64,000 nt of DNA from Escherichia coli (lineage in GTDB: Bacteria > Pseudomonadota > Gammaproteobacteria > Enterobacterales > Enterobacteriaceae), in NCBI RefSeq assembly GCF_013315695.1, contig NZ_CP054353.1. One strand, 5' to 3'. The notes under the pieces are model-generated. The model was given only the letters and a program-made list of their open reading frames with translations, searched no databases and was not told the origin of the DNA. Positions 12,864-23,091 of the stretch are shown one piece after another. The position numbers and the translations under genes were made by a program. Numbering within the stretch: position 1 is the stretch's first letter; each line of letters starts with the position of its first letter.

Positions 12864-13498
12864 AAAAATGCGTCATGAGTCGTATCGGTATTGAGAGTTT
12901 ATTCAGAAAGTTTGCAGGTAACCCTTATAAGCTCCATACCTATACCAGTCAGGAGTCATTTCAGGATGCCATGTCGCGGATCTCGTTTGCAGCGGTCATT
13001 TTTTCTTTTTCTGCCATGAGAAGTGCGCGCAGAGAGGGATTATCCTGCCTGACTGAACTGGCGATTAAGTTTCCGCGTACCCGGCGTTTAGTTATTGCGG
13101 ATGATGATATTGAAGCTCGGCTGATTGGTTCATTATCGCCATCACCGCTGGACGGTGTATTAAGTAAAGCGTCAACGCTGGAGATTTTTCATCAGGAACT
13201 CTTTTTGTCATTAAATGGTGTACGTCAGGCGACCGATCGACTGAACAATCAGTGGTACATTAACCAAAGCCGGACGTTAAGCCCGACGGAGAGAGAAATA
13301 TTGCGCTTTATGTCGCGTGGCTACTCAATGACACAAATTGCCGAGCAGCTTAAACGCAATATCAAAACGATCCGTGCACATAAATTTAATGTGATGTCGA
13401 AACTGGGCGTCAGTTCTGATGCAGGGTTGTTGGAGGCCGCAGATATTCTGTTATGTATGCGGCATTGCGAAACAAGTAATGTGTTGCATCCTTATTAA
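12821..13498 (+). CDS. bglJ: LuxR-family regulator BglJ (partner of RcsB)
   Basis: 225-aa [23 protein letters not shown]... overlapping yjjQ 3' end; C-terminal LuxR HTH. Confidence 0.85.
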   Translation: MEHSRIKKRNVALIEKCVMSRIGIESLFRKFAGNPYKLHTYTSQESFQDAMSRISFAAVIFSFSAMRSARREGLSCLTELAIKFPRTRRLVIADDDIEARLIGSLSPSPLDGVLSKASTLEIFHQELFLSLNGVRQATDRLNNQWYINQSRTLSPTEREILRFMSRGYSMTQIAEQLKRNIKTIRAHKFNVMSKLGVSSDAGLLEAADILLCMRHCETSNVLHPY

Positions 13499-13535
13499 TC
13501 CGCATGATGCCGGGTTTACTTCCCCGGCAGTGCTT

Positions 13536-14324
13536 TCATTTCAGCGTACAATCGCCACATTGCTGCACATCCGGTAAGCGATAACGCTGGCAGCAAGTGC
13601 GGCGCACCAGCAGGCCGTCGCGTAGCACCACGGTACGCCAGAGTGGATTATCTTCACCGGTAGTAAGCGTTTTCTCAAAAAAGAGGGCATAGCGCAGCGA
13701 TTCAACCGTCGCCTCGCCGAGCAGCTGTTTCATCTCAGTCAGATACCAGTTGATCAAATAACCGGTATTGCTCCAGATAAGTTTGCCGTTAATCTCTCCC
13801 GTTGCTTCTAGTGCCTGCACAACCGGAACCAGCGCCTGGCTGATTAACGTTTCCATTCGCTGCTGCAGCGAATGTAGTGTTGCGTTTTTATCTTCACACA
13901 CATCGACCCAGAAACAGGCGGCGCGTCCGGTTTCGTGAAACTCAACGTGGACATGTTCCGGCGACACATCTAATGCTTTTTCCTGAGTCAGCAGCGCCAG
14001 CATTAATGGTGGTACCATCAGGCCGATATACCATTGCGCCCACAGTGAGATCAGCGGTTTGTTTTCGCGGATCATCAAAGGTTGGTTGCGGTAGATATGA
14101 TCGGAATAGACTGCGAGTAGAGAACTTAGCGCATTAGGTGATGACCATTGCGCCAGCGTCATGGCGTTAAGTGGGGCGGGTTCATCCAGGCGGATAAACT
14201 CCAGCAAATGTTCACGATGTTCGGCGATCGTCGCCCGCACGGCTTGTGCAAGCCCAGCATCCTGCGGCTGGAGATGCGTTCGCCAGATAACATCTTCATA
14301 GAGCGGTGCGGAACGATAGGCCAT
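13536..14324 (-). CDS. fhuF: Ferric-siderophore reductase FhuF (2Fe-2S)
   Basis: 262-aa ORF ending with C-C-x10-C-x2-C cluster motif (CCQRYRLPDVQQCGDCTL). Confidence 0.9.
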   Translation of the reverse strand: MAYRSAPLYEDVIWRTHLQPQDAGLAQAVRATIAEHREHLLEFIRLDEPAPLNAMTLAQWSSPNALSSLLAVYSDHIYRNQPLMIRENKPLISLWAQWYIGLMVPPLMLALLTQEKALDVSPEHVHVEFHETGRAACFWVDVCEDKNATLHSLQQRMETLISQALVPVVQALEATGEINGKLIWSNTGYLINWYLTEMKQLLGEATVESLRYALFFEKTLTTGEDNPLWRTVVLRDGLLVRRTCCQRYRLPDVQQCGDCTLK

Positions 14325-14407
14325 AATCGTGATAGTAATCTAAATGATAATTATTGCTAATCCTATCGATAGGTTTACCCGATAGCAAGGGATTTCTCTG
14401 GCTTGCA

Positions 14408-14448
14408 AATGATAAAAATTATCATATGATATTAGTTATCATTATCAA
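14408..14448. promoter_or_regulatory. Fur-box-like AT-rich repeats in the fhuF/yjjZ divergent intergenic region
   Basis: gataaaaattatcatatgatattagttatcattatc resembles overlapping gataat/attatc Fur hexamers; directly upstream of the yjjZ ATG. Confidence 0.6.
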
Positions 14449-14464
14449 TGAAAGAGATGAAACC

Positions 14465-14701
14465 ATGTTGCAACGTACGCTGGGCAGTGGCTGGGGAGTG
14501 TTGCTGCCGGGATTGCTGATTGCAGGGCTGATGTATGCGGATTTATCGCCGGATCAATGGCGGATTGTCATTCTGATGGGATTGGTATTGACGCCGGTGA
14601 TGCTGTATCACAAACAGTTACGGCATTACGTTTTGCTACCATCGTGCCTGGCGCTTATTGCTGGCATCATGCTGATGATAATGAATTTGAATCAGGGGTG
14701 A
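14465..14701 (+). CDS. yjjZ: Small membrane protein YjjZ
   Basis: 78-aa ORF from ATG 14465 (MLQRTLGSGWGVLLPGLLIAGLMY...); track ORF starts further upstream. Confidence 0.7.
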   Translation: MLQRTLGSGWGVLLPGLLIAGLMYADLSPDQWRIVILMGLVLTPVMLYHKQLRHYVLLPSCLALIAGIMLMIMNLNQG

Positions 14702-14739
14702 TAAAACAGTGAGGAGACAAGAAAAGAAGTAAAGATAAT

Positions 14740-14826
14740 TGGTGCGAGGGGGGGGACTTGAACCCCCACGTCCGTAAGGACACTAACACCTGAAGCTAGC
14801 GCGTCTACCAATTCCGCCACCTTCGC
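14740..14826 (-). tRNA. leuV: tRNA-Leu (CAG), tandem copy 1
   Basis: Reverse complement reads GCGAAGGTGGCGGAATTGGTAGACGCGCTAGCTTCAGGTGTTAGTGTCCTTACGGACGTGGGGGTTCAAGTCCCCCCCCTCGCACCA, 87 nt; gene-name assignment among the copies is arbitrary. Confidence 0.95.
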
Positions 14827-14860
14827 ACAGTCATCTTACTTTTTTTGATATCGCCTCGTT

Positions 14861-14947
14861 TGGTGCGAGGGGGGGGACTTGAACCCCCACGTCCGTAAGG
14901 ACACTAACACCTGAAGCTAGCGCGTCTACCAATTCCGCCACCTTCGC
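14861..14947 (-). tRNA. leuP: tRNA-Leu (CAG), tandem copy 2
   Basis: Identical 87-nt sequence and identical 34-bp spacer to copy 1. Confidence 0.95.
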
Positions 14948-14981
14948 ACAGTCATCTTACTTTTTTTGATATCGCCTCGTT

Positions 14982-15069
14982 TGGTGCGAGGGGGGGGGAC
15001 TTGAACCCCCACGTCCGTAAGGACACTAACACCTGAAGCTAGCGCCTCTACCAATTCCGCCACCTTCGC
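14982..15069 (-). tRNA. tRNA-Leu (CAG)-like, divergent tandem copy 3 (88 nt)
   Basis: Same unit but with a 9-C run instead of 8 in the T-stem/acceptor region and one D-arm substitution (GGTAGAGGCGC versus GGTAGACGCGC). Confidence 0.75.
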
Positions 15070-15097
15070 CCAGTGCGAGCAATATCAACGTGGTTTT

Positions 15098-15184
15098 TGG
15101 TGCGAGGGGGGGGACTTGAACCCCCACGTCCGTAAGGACACTAACACCTGAAGCTAGCGCGTCTACCAATTCCGCCACCTTCGC
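15098..15184 (-). tRNA. leuQ: tRNA-Leu (CAG), promoter-proximal copy 4
   Basis: Identical 87-nt tRNA-Leu sequence; 28-bp spacer to copy 3. Confidence 0.95.
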
Positions 15185-15225
15185 ATACCATCAATTCTTA
15201 AAAAGAATTGCTACCACGGAGGCGC

Positions 15226-15253
15226 ATTCTAGTGGTTTTCAGCTTTTCGTCAA
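15226..15253 (-). promoter_or_regulatory. Sigma-70 promoter of the tRNA-Leu operon with GC-rich discriminator
   Basis: Minus strand reads TTGACG-16 bp-TAGAAT followed by GCGCCTCC; an AT-rich tract lies further upstream. Confidence 0.65.
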
Positions 15254-15383
15254 TAGTTAATTATCGACAGAGGTGTAATTGCTGGAAAAATGTCCATCAG
15301 CGGATTGTGGATAATTCGTTTGTCGGTCAGATAAGGCATGTACGCCGCATCCGACACGGTATGCGGCGACATATATCAGATAC

Positions 15384-16415
15384 TCAACCTTTCTTCGCCT
15401 GGCGGGTCATAATGGCGCGATACACCTTGAAGCGCCCGGTTTGCGCAATCACTTCGTGGAAACCAAATGTCTCATCCAGCACGTCCGGGTAAGGCAGGAA
15501 GGCGTTCGCTACAATTCGCAACTCGCCGCCGCTGTTAAGATGACGCACCGCGCCGCGAATCAGCGTTTGCGCCGCATCCAGGCTGGTTTGCATCCCATCG
15601 TGGAACGGCGGGTTGGAGATTATCATATCAAAGCGACCTTTCACCTCGGAAAAGACGTTGCTGGCAAAGACTTCACCTTCAACACTGTTGGCAGCAAGTG
15701 TTGCGCGACTGGCTTCTACCGCTGGTGCAGAGACATCGCACAGAGTGAGGCGGATCTTCGGTGAATGGCGCGCAAAAGCAACGGAAAGCACTCCCGCGCC
15801 GCAGCCGACATCCAGCACTTTACCTTTCGTGTGTGGAGTTAGCGTCGAGAGCAGCAACTGACTGCCGACATCCAGACCGTCGCGGCTAAACACGCCCGGC
15901 AGTGTTTTGACCGTCAAGCCATCGACGCTGTATTCGCCCCAGAATTTATTGGCATCAAATACCGGCTGCTTTTCCAGACGACCAAAATAGAGGCCACAGC
16001 GACGGGCGCTGTCCACCTTATTCAACGGTGCATAATCGGCCAGCATCTGCTCGGCGCTGCGCACGCCGCTGCGGTTCTCGCCAACGACAAAAATATCCGT
16101 GCCCACTGGCAGCAGAGAAAGTAAATTCATCAACTGGAACTGGGCTTCCGGTTTGTTCTTCGGCCAGTAGTAAATCAGCGTATCGCAATCTGCGACATCA
16201 TTCGCCGTGGCGACCAGACTAAAACGGGCGTTATCCCCCATCTGGCGGCTTAACACCTGCCAGTGGTGGAATTGCTGGGTATGAGCACGGCTGGCCGCGG
16301 TATCTAAACGCGCGGGCAGGTCATCCTGTAAGTCTCCGGCAAACAGAATACGGCTTTGTTCGAAATCATCACTGTGACGCAGCAAGACTTCACTTGCCGG
16401 GGTAAATGCAGACAT
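15384..16415 (-). CDS. rsmC: 16S rRNA (guanine1207-N2)-methyltransferase
   Basis: 343-aa ORF with SAM-binding motif [12 protein letters not shown] and NPPFH. Confidence 0.9.
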   Translation of the reverse strand: MSAFTPASEVLLRHSDDFEQSRILFAGDLQDDLPARLDTAASRAHTQQFHHWQVLSRQMGDNARFSLVATANDVADCDTLIYYWPKNKPEAQFQLMNLLSLLPVGTDIFVVGENRSGVRSAEQMLADYAPLNKVDSARRCGLYFGRLEKQPVFDANKFWGEYSVDGLTVKTLPGVFSRDGLDVGSQLLLSTLTPHTKGKVLDVGCGAGVLSVAFARHSPKIRLTLCDVSAPAVEASRATLAANSVEGEVFASNVFSEVKGRFDMIISNPPFHDGMQTSLDAAQTLIRGAVRHLNSGGELRIVANAFLPYPDVLDETFGFHEVIAQTGRFKVYRAIMTRQAKKG

Positions 16416-16517
16416 GGAATGCTCCTCAATTGATACTGGCGGCGATTATAGCCATATGTTGGCGCGGTATCGACGAATTTGCTATATTTGCGCCCCTGAC
16501 AACAGGAGCGATTCGCT

Positions 16518-16931
16518 ATGACATCCCGACGAGACTGGCAGTTACAGCAACTGGGCATTACCCAGTGGTCGCTGCGTCGCCCTGGCGCGTTGCAGGGGGA
16601 GATTGCCATTGCGATCCCGCCACACGTCCGTCTGGTGATGGTGGCAAACGATCTTACCGCCCTGACCGATCCTCTGGTGAGCGATGTTCTGCGTGCGTTA
16701 ACCGTCAGCCCCGATCAAGTGCTGCAACTGACGCCAGAAAAAATCGCGATGCTGCCGCAAGGCAGCCGCTGCAACAGCTGGCGGTTGGGTACTGACGAAC
16801 CGCTATCACTGGAAGGCGCTCAGGTGGCATCACCGGCGCTCACCGAATTACGGGCAAACCCAACGGCACGCGCCGCGTTATGGCAACAAATTTGCACATA
16901 TGAACACGATTTCTTCCCTCGAATCGACTGA
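16518..16931 (+). CDS. holD: DNA polymerase III psi subunit
   Basis: 137-aa ORF MTSRRDWQLQQLGITQW...; followed by overlapping rimI. Confidence 0.9.
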   Translation: MTSRRDWQLQQLGITQWSLRRPGALQGEIAIAIPPHVRLVMVANDLTALTDPLVSDVLRALTVSPDQVLQLTPEKIAMLPQGSRCNSWRLGTDEPLSLEGAQVASPALTELRANPTARAALWQQICTYEHDFFPRID

Positions 16932-17346
16932 TTTACCAGCTGCTTTCCACATTGAACAACGCGCCCACACCTTTCCGTGGAGTGAAAAAACCTTTGCCAG
17001 CAACCAGGGCGAGCGCTATCTCAACTTTCAGTTAACGCAAAACGGCAAAATGGCGGCGTTTGCGATTACGCAAGTGGTGCTGGATGAAGCTACATTGTTC
17101 AATATTGCGGTCGATCCTGACTATCAGCGTCAGGGATTGGGAAGGGCGCTGCTGGAACATCTGATCGACGAACTGGAAAAACGCGGCGTGGCGACGCTAT
17201 GGCTGGAAGTCCGTGCCTCAAATGCTGCCGCCATTGCCCTGTACGAAAGTTTAGGCTTTAACGAGGCGACGATTCGCCGCAATTACTACCCCACCACGGA
17301 CGGTCGCGAAGACGCCATCATCATGGCGTTACCAATCAGTATGTAA
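16900..17346 (+). CDS. rimI: Ribosomal protein S18 alanine N-acetyltransferase
   Basis: 148-aa GNAT-fold ORF ([13 protein letters not shown]). Confidence 0.9.
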   Translation: MNTISSLESTDLPAAFHIEQRAHTFPWSEKTFASNQGERYLNFQLTQNGKMAAFAITQVVLDEATLFNIAVDPDYQRQGLGRALLEHLIDELEKRGVATLWLEVRASNAAAIALYESLGFNEATIRRNYYPTTDGREDAIIMALPISM

Positions 17347-17360
17347 GACAAGGTGGAATA

Positions 17361-18038
17361 ATGAAGTGGGACTGGATTTTCTTTGATGCCGATGAAACGC
17401 TGTTTACCTTTGACTCATTCACCGGCCTGCAGCGGATGTTTCTTGATTACAGCGTCACCTTTACCGCTGAAGATTTTCAGGACTATCAGGCCGTTAACAA
17501 GCCACTGTGGGTGGATTATCAAAACGGCGCGATCACTTCATTACAGCTTCAGCACGGGCGGTTTGAGAGCTGGGCCGAACGGCTGAACGTCGAACCGGGT
17601 AAACTCAACGAGGCCTTTATTAATGCGATGGCGGAAATCTGTACGCCGTTGCCGGGGGCGGTTTCCCTGCTTAACGCCATTCGTGGCAACGCCAAAATCG
17701 GCATCATCACCAACGGCTTTAGCGCCTTGCAACAGGTACGTCTGGAACGCACGGGCCTGCGTGATTACTTCGATTTGCTGGTGATTTCCGAAGAAGTTGG
17801 CGTTGCCAAACCGAATAAGAAAATTTTCGATTATGCGCTGGAACAGGCGGGCAATCCTGACCGTTCACGCGTGCTGATGGTTGGTGACACTGCCGAGTCC
17901 GATATTCTCGGTGGCATCAACGCCGGGCTTGCGACCTGCTGGCTGAATGCGCACAATCGCGAGCAACCAGAAGGCATCGCGCCCACCTGGACCGTTTCTT
18001 CGTTGCACGAACTGGAGCAGCTCCTGTGTAAACACTGA
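17361..18038 (+). CDS. yjjG: HAD-family pyrimidine 5'-nucleotidase
   Basis: 225-aa ORF with N-terminal HAD motif FFDADETL. Confidence 0.85.
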   Translation: MKWDWIFFDADETLFTFDSFTGLQRMFLDYSVTFTAEDFQDYQAVNKPLWVDYQNGAITSLQLQHGRFESWAERLNVEPGKLNEAFINAMAEICTPLPGAVSLLNAIRGNAKIGIITNGFSALQQVRLERTGLRDYFDLLVISEEVGVAKPNKKIFDYALEQAGNPDRSRVLMVGDTAESDILGGINAGLATCWLNAHNREQPEGIAPTWTVSSLHELEQLLCKH

Positions 18039-18128
18039 TTGCCTCCCCCCCGTTGATGGGTAAAATAGCCGCAATTTTTCGTTTTCAACAAGCGCGGCGC
18101 GATGCCGCTTACTCAAGAAGAAAGAATT

Positions 18129-19718
18129 ATGACGTTGTCTCCTTATTTGCAAGAGGTGGCGAAGCGCCGCACTTTTGCCATTATTTCTCACCCGGACGCC
18201 GGTAAGACTACCATCACCGAGAAGGTGCTGCTGTTCGGACAGGCCATTCAGACCGCCGGTACAGTAAAAGGCCGTGGCTCTAACCAGCACGCTAAGTCGG
18301 ACTGGATGGAGATGGAAAAGCAGCGTGGGATCTCCATCACTACGTCTGTGATGCAGTTTCCGTATCACGACTGCCTGGTTAACTTGCTCGATACCCCGGG
18401 GCACGAAGACTTCTCGGAAGATACCTATCGTACCCTGACGGCGGTGGACTGCTGCCTGATGGTTATCGACGCCGCAAAAGGTGTAGAAGATCGTACCCGT
18501 AAGCTGATGGAAGTTACCCGTCTGCGCGATACGCCGATCCTCACCTTTATGAACAAACTTGACCGTGATATCCGCGACCCGATGGAACTGCTCGATGAAG
18601 TTGAGAACGAGCTGAAAATCGGCTGCGCACCGATCACCTGGCCGATTGGCTGCGGCAAGCTGTTTAAAGGCGTTTACCACCTTTATAAAGATGAAACCTA
18701 TCTCTATCAGAGCGGTAAAGGCCACACCATTCAGGAAGTCCGCATTGTTAAAGGGCTGAATAACCCGGATCTCGACGCTGCGGTTGGTGAAGATCTGGCA
18801 CAGCAGCTGCGTGACGAACTGGAGCTGGTGAAAGGCGCGTCTAATGAGTTCGACAAAGAGCTGTTCCTTGCGGGCGAAATCACCCCGGTATTCTTTGGTA
18901 CTGCGCTGGGTAACTTCGGCGTCGATCATATGCTGGATGGCCTGGTGGAGTGGGCGCCTGCGCCGATGCCGCGTCAGACCGATACCCGTACCGTAGAAGC
19001 GAGCGAAGATAAATTTACCGGCTTCGTATTTAAAATTCAGGCCAACATGGACCCGAAACATCGCGACCGCGTGGCGTTTATGCGCGTGGTATCCGGTAAA
19101 TATGAAAAAGGCATGAAGCTGCGCCAGGTGCGCACCGCGAAAGATGTAGTGATCTCCGACGCGCTGACCTTTATGGCAGGCGACCGTTCGCACGTTGAAG
19201 AAGCGTATCCGGGCGATATCCTCGGTCTGCACAATCACGGCACCATTCAGATCGGCGATACCTTTACCCAGGGTGAGATGATGAAGTTCACCGGTATTCC
19301 GAACTTCGCGCCAGAACTGTTCCGTCGTATCCGCCTGAAAGATCCGCTGAAGCAAAAACAGCTGCTCAAAGGGCTGGTACAGCTTTCCGAAGAGGGGGCG
19401 GTGCAGGTGTTCCGTCCGATCTCCAACAACGATCTGATCGTTGGCGCGGTTGGTGTGCTGCAGTTTGATGTGGTGGTAGCGCGCCTGAAGAGCGAATACA
19501 ACGTTGAAGCAGTGTATGAGTCAGTCAACGTTGCCACCGCCCGCTGGGTAGAATGTGCGGACGCGAAGAAATTCGAAGAGTTCAAGCGTAAGAACGAAAG
19601 CCAACTGGCGCTTGATGGCGGAGATAACCTCGCTTACATCGCTACCAGCATGGTCAATCTGCGCCTGGCGCAGGAACGTTATCCGGACGTTCAGTTCCAC
19701 CAGACCCGCGAGCATTAA
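18129..19718 (+). CDS. prfC: Peptide chain release factor 3 (GTPase)
   Basis: 529-aa from ATG 18129 ([29 protein letters not shown]1 motif, DTPGH). Confidence 0.95.
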
Positions 19719-20110
19719 TTCTAGCCTCCAGGGCGCGGTAGCCGCTGCGCCCTGTCAATTTCCCTTCCTTATTAGCCGCTTACGGAATGTTCTTAAAACA
19801 TTCACTTTTGCTTATGTTTTAGCTGATATCCCGAGCGGTTTCAAAATTGTGATCTATATTTAACAAAGTAATGACATTTATGACGGCGTTAAATACCGTT
19901 CAATGCGTAGATATCAGTATCTAAAGCCGTCGATTGTCATTCTACCGATATTAATAACTGATTCAGAGGCTGTAATGGTCGTTATTCATCACCCATCGCT
20001 TTTGTGATGGCGACCATTGACTTCTGTAGAGGGTGAAGTCTCTCCCTATTCAGCAATGCAACCTCGTGTTGCCAGGCTCAAATTACGAGCAAACATACAG
20101 GAATAAATCG

Positions 20111-20716
20111 ATGACTATGACAAGACTGAAGATTTCGAAAACTCTGCTGGCTGTAATGTTGACCTCTGCCGTCGCGACCGGCTCTGCCTACGCAGAAAAC
20201 AACGCGCAGACTACCAATGAAAGCGCAGGGCAAAAAGTCGATAGCTCTATGAATAAAGTCGGTAATTTCATGGATGACAGTGCCATCACCGCGAAAGTGA
20301 AGGCAGCCCTGGTGGACCATGACAACATCAAGAGCACCGATATCTCTGTCAAAACCGATCAAAAAGTCGTGACCCTGAGCGGTTTCGTTGAAAGCCAGGC
20401 TCAGGCCGAAGAGGCGGTGAAAGTGGCGAAAGGTGTTGAGGGCGTGACCTCTGTCAGCGACAAACTGCACGTTCGCGACGCTAAAGAAGGCTCTGTGAAG
20501 GGCTACGCGGGTGACACCGCCACCACCAGTGAAATCAAAGCCAAACTGCTGGCGGACGATATCGTCCCTTCCCGTCATGTGAAAGTTGAAACCACCGATG
20601 GCGTGGTCCAGCTCTCCGGTACCGTAGATTCTCAGGCACAGAGCGACCGTGCTGAAAGTATCGCCAAAGCGGTAGATGGTGTGAAAAGCGTTAAAAATGA
20701 TCTGAAAACTAAGTAA
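20111..20716 (+). CDS. osmY: Osmotically inducible periplasmic protein OsmY (two BON domains)
   Basis: 201-aa from ATG 20111, signal peptide [28 protein letters not shown]. Confidence 0.9.
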
Positions 20717-20842
20717 TTCGTCGTAATTCGACCTCCCGAACTTTGTCGGGAGGCGCGATGTGCACCACACTAAAAATATCGCATTGAGTGATTTTCACGC
20801 TCATATCAAGCGGTGACATTAACTATGGTAAAGGAGACGCTT

Positions 20843-21004
20843 ATGTTTCGTTGGGGCATCATATTTCTGGTTATCGCGTTAATCGCCGCCGCACTTGGGT
20901 TTGGTGGTCTGGCCGGTACTGCTGCAGGCGCAGCTAAAATTGTCTTTGTCGTCGGGATTATTCTGTTCCTGGTGAGTTTGTTCATGGGCCGAAAACGACC
21001 CTAG
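20843..21004 (+). CDS. ytjA: Small membrane protein YtjA (DUF1328)
   Basis: 53-aa hydrophobic [25 protein letters not shown]... preceded by aaggag. Confidence 0.75.
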
Positions 21005-21035
21005 ATTTCAGACCATTAAGAAAATTTTATCCAAA

Positions 21036-21058
21036 GCCAGTCCAGCGGACTGGCTTTT
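21036..21058 (+). terminator. Intrinsic terminator downstream of ytjA
   Basis: gccagtcc-agc-ggactggc stem followed by tttt. Confidence 0.6.
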
Positions 21059-21125
21059 GCGGTTTTAGCGAATAATAAATTGCGTTACTTTGTCATTCTT
21101 TCACAACAAAAACAGGAAGGCAGAG

Positions 21126-22199
21126 GTGGGGCAGCGAATACCTGTAACGCTTGGTAATATTGCGCCGTTGTCGCTAAGGCCGTTCCAGCCTGGACGGATT
21201 GCTCTGGTGTGCGAAGGCGGCGGACAACGTGGAATTTTCACGGCTGGCGTGCTGGATGAGTTTATGCGCGCGCAGTTTAATCCTTTCGATCTTTATCTCG
21301 GCACATCTGCCGGGGCGCAGAACCTCTCGGCGTATATCTGCAATCAGCCCGGTTACGCGCGCAAAGTCATCATGCGTTACACCACAAAACGCGAATTTTT
21401 CGATCCATTGCGCTTTGTCCGTGGAGGAAATCTTATCGATCTCGACTGGCTGGTGGAGGCCACCGCAAGCCAGATGCCGTTGCAAATGGACACCGCAGCG
21501 CGGTTATTTGACAGCGGCAAATCGTTTTATATGTGCGCCTGTCGTCAGGATGACTATGCGCCGAATTACTTTTTGCCAACTAAACAAAACTGGCTGGATG
21601 TGATTCGCGCCTCCAGTGCGATACCTGGCTTTTATCGTAGCGGAGTGTCGCTGGAAGGTATTAACTACCTGGATGGTGGGATCAGTGATGCGATCCCGGT
21701 TAAAGAGGCGGCAAGGCAGGGAGCAAAAACGTTGGTCGTCATCCGCACTGTGCCGTCACAAATGTACTACACGCCACAGTGGTTCAAACGCATGGAACGC
21801 TGGCTGGGTGACAGTAGCCTGCAGCCGCTGGTCAATCTGGTGCAGCATCATGAAACCAGCTATCGTGAGATTCAGCAATTTATTGAGAAACCACCGGGCC
21901 AGCTGCGGATATTCGAAATTTATCCGCCGAAGCCATTGCATAGTATCGCGCTCGGCAGTCGGATTCCGGCGCTGCGTGAAGACTATAAACTTGGGCGTTT
22001 ATGTGGGCGTTATTTTCTGGCAACGGTCGGTAAATTATTGACTGAAAAAGCGCCGCTGAGCCGCCATCTGGTGCCGGTGGTGACGCCGGAGTCGATCGTT
22101 ATTCCGCCTGCGCCAGTCGCCAACGATACGCTGGTTGCCGAAGTGAGCGACGCTCCGCAGGCGAACGACCCGACATTTAACAATGAGGATCTGGCTTGA
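21126..22199 (+). CDS. yjjU: Patatin-like phospholipase family protein
   Basis: GGGxRG and GTSAG patatin motifs; GTG start at 21126 after aggaagg. Confidence 0.8.
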   Translation: MGQRIPVTLGNIAPLSLRPFQPGRIALVCEGGGQRGIFTAGVLDEFMRAQFNPFDLYLGTSAGAQNLSAYICNQPGYARKVIMRYTTKREFFDPLRFVRGGNLIDLDWLVEATASQMPLQMDTAARLFDSGKSFYMCACRQDDYAPNYFLPTKQNWLDVIRASSAIPGFYRSGVSLEGINYLDGGISDAIPVKEAARQGAKTLVVIRTVPSQMYYTPQWFKRMERWLGDSSLQPLVNLVQHHETSYREIQQFIEKPPGQLRIFEIYPPKPLHSIALGSRIPALREDYKLGRLCGRYFLATVGKLLTEKAPLSRHLVPVVTPESIVIPPAPVANDTLVAEVSDAPQANDPTFNNEDLA

Positions 22200-22975
22200 T
22201 TTGCCGTTTTATCGACACCCACTGCCATTTTGATTTCCCGCCGTTTAGTGGCGATGAAGAGGCCAGCCTGCAACGCGCGGCACAAGCGGGCGTAGGCAAG
22301 ATCATTGTTCCGGCGACAGAGGCGGAAAATTTTGCCCGCGTGCAGGCGTTAGCGGAAAAATATCAACCGCTGTATGCCGCATTGGGCTTGCATCCTGGTA
22401 TGTTGGAAAAACATAGCGATGTGTCTCTTGATCAGCTACAGCAGGCGCTGGAAAGGCATCCGGCGAAGGTGGTGGCGGTGGGGGAAATCGGTCTGGATCT
22501 CTTTGGCGACGATCCGCAATTTGAGAGGCAGCAGTGGTTACTCGACGAACAACTGAAACTGGCGAAACGCTACGATCTGCCGGTGATCCTGCATTCACGA
22601 CGCACGCACGACAAACTGGCGATGCATCTTAAACGCCACGATTTACCGTGCACTGGCGTGGTTCATGGTTTTTCCGGCAGCCTGCAACAGGCCGAACGGT
22701 TTGTGCAACTGGGCTACAAAATTGGCGTAGGCGGGACTATCACCTATCCACGCGCCAGTAAAACCCGCGATGTCATCGCAAAATTACCGCTGGCATCGTT
22801 GTTGCTGGAAACCGACGCACCAGATATGCCGCTCAATGGTTTTCAGGGGCAGCCTAATCGCCCTGAACAGGCCGCCCGTGTGTTTGCCGTGCTTTGCGAG
22901 TTACGACCGGAACCGGCGGATGAGATTGCCGAAGTGTTGCTTAATAACACCTATACGTTGTTTAACGTGCCGTAG
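22196..22975 (+). CDS. yjjV: TatD-family metal-dependent hydrolase
   Basis: 259-aa ORF with HCHFDF motif; TTG start overlapping the yjjU stop. Confidence 0.8.
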   Translation: MICRFIDTHCHFDFPPFSGDEEASLQRAAQAGVGKIIVPATEAENFARVQALAEKYQPLYAALGLHPGMLEKHSDVSLDQLQQALERHPAKVVAVGEIGLDLFGDDPQFERQQWLLDEQLKLAKRYDLPVILHSRRTHDKLAMHLKRHDLPCTGVVHGFSGSLQQAERFVQLGYKIGVGGTITYPRASKTRDVIAKLPLASLLLETDAPDMPLNGFQGQPNRPEQAARVFAVLCELRPEPADEIAEVLLNNTYTLFNVP

Positions 22976-23091
22976 GCCGGACAAGGCGTTTACGCCGCAT
23001 CCGGCCGTTGGCGCACAATGCCTGATGCGACGCTTGACGCGTCTTATCATGCCTACAGGTCTGTGCCGATCCGTAGGCCACATCCGGCATG
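22976..23091. repeat. REP/BIME cluster between convergent yjjV and yjjW
   Basis: Three REP-like palindromic units (gccggacaaggcgtttacgccgcatccggc; gcctgatgcgacgcttgacgcgtcttatcatgcctac; gtaggccacatccggcatg). Confidence 0.75.

Noticed and set aside
14740-15184. Regularly spaced 87-bp direct repeats with 28-34-bp spacers that could superficially resemble a CRISPR array
   Set aside because: The repeats are full-length tRNA-Leu genes with cloverleaf-compatible sequence and a CCA end; the spacers are identical to one another; no cas genes nearby.
17865-19355. 496-aa ORF on the minus strand antisense to prfC
   Set aside because: Entirely embedded opposite a highly conserved GTPase gene; long antisense ORFs arise readily in GC-rich coding DNA, and I see no RBS or recognisable domain. 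Treated as a frame artefact.
20733-20753. Hairpin after osmY (cctcccga...tcgggagg) considered as a terminator
   Set aside because: No U-tract follows, so I did not call it as an intrinsic terminator; it may still be a stability or Rho-dependent element.
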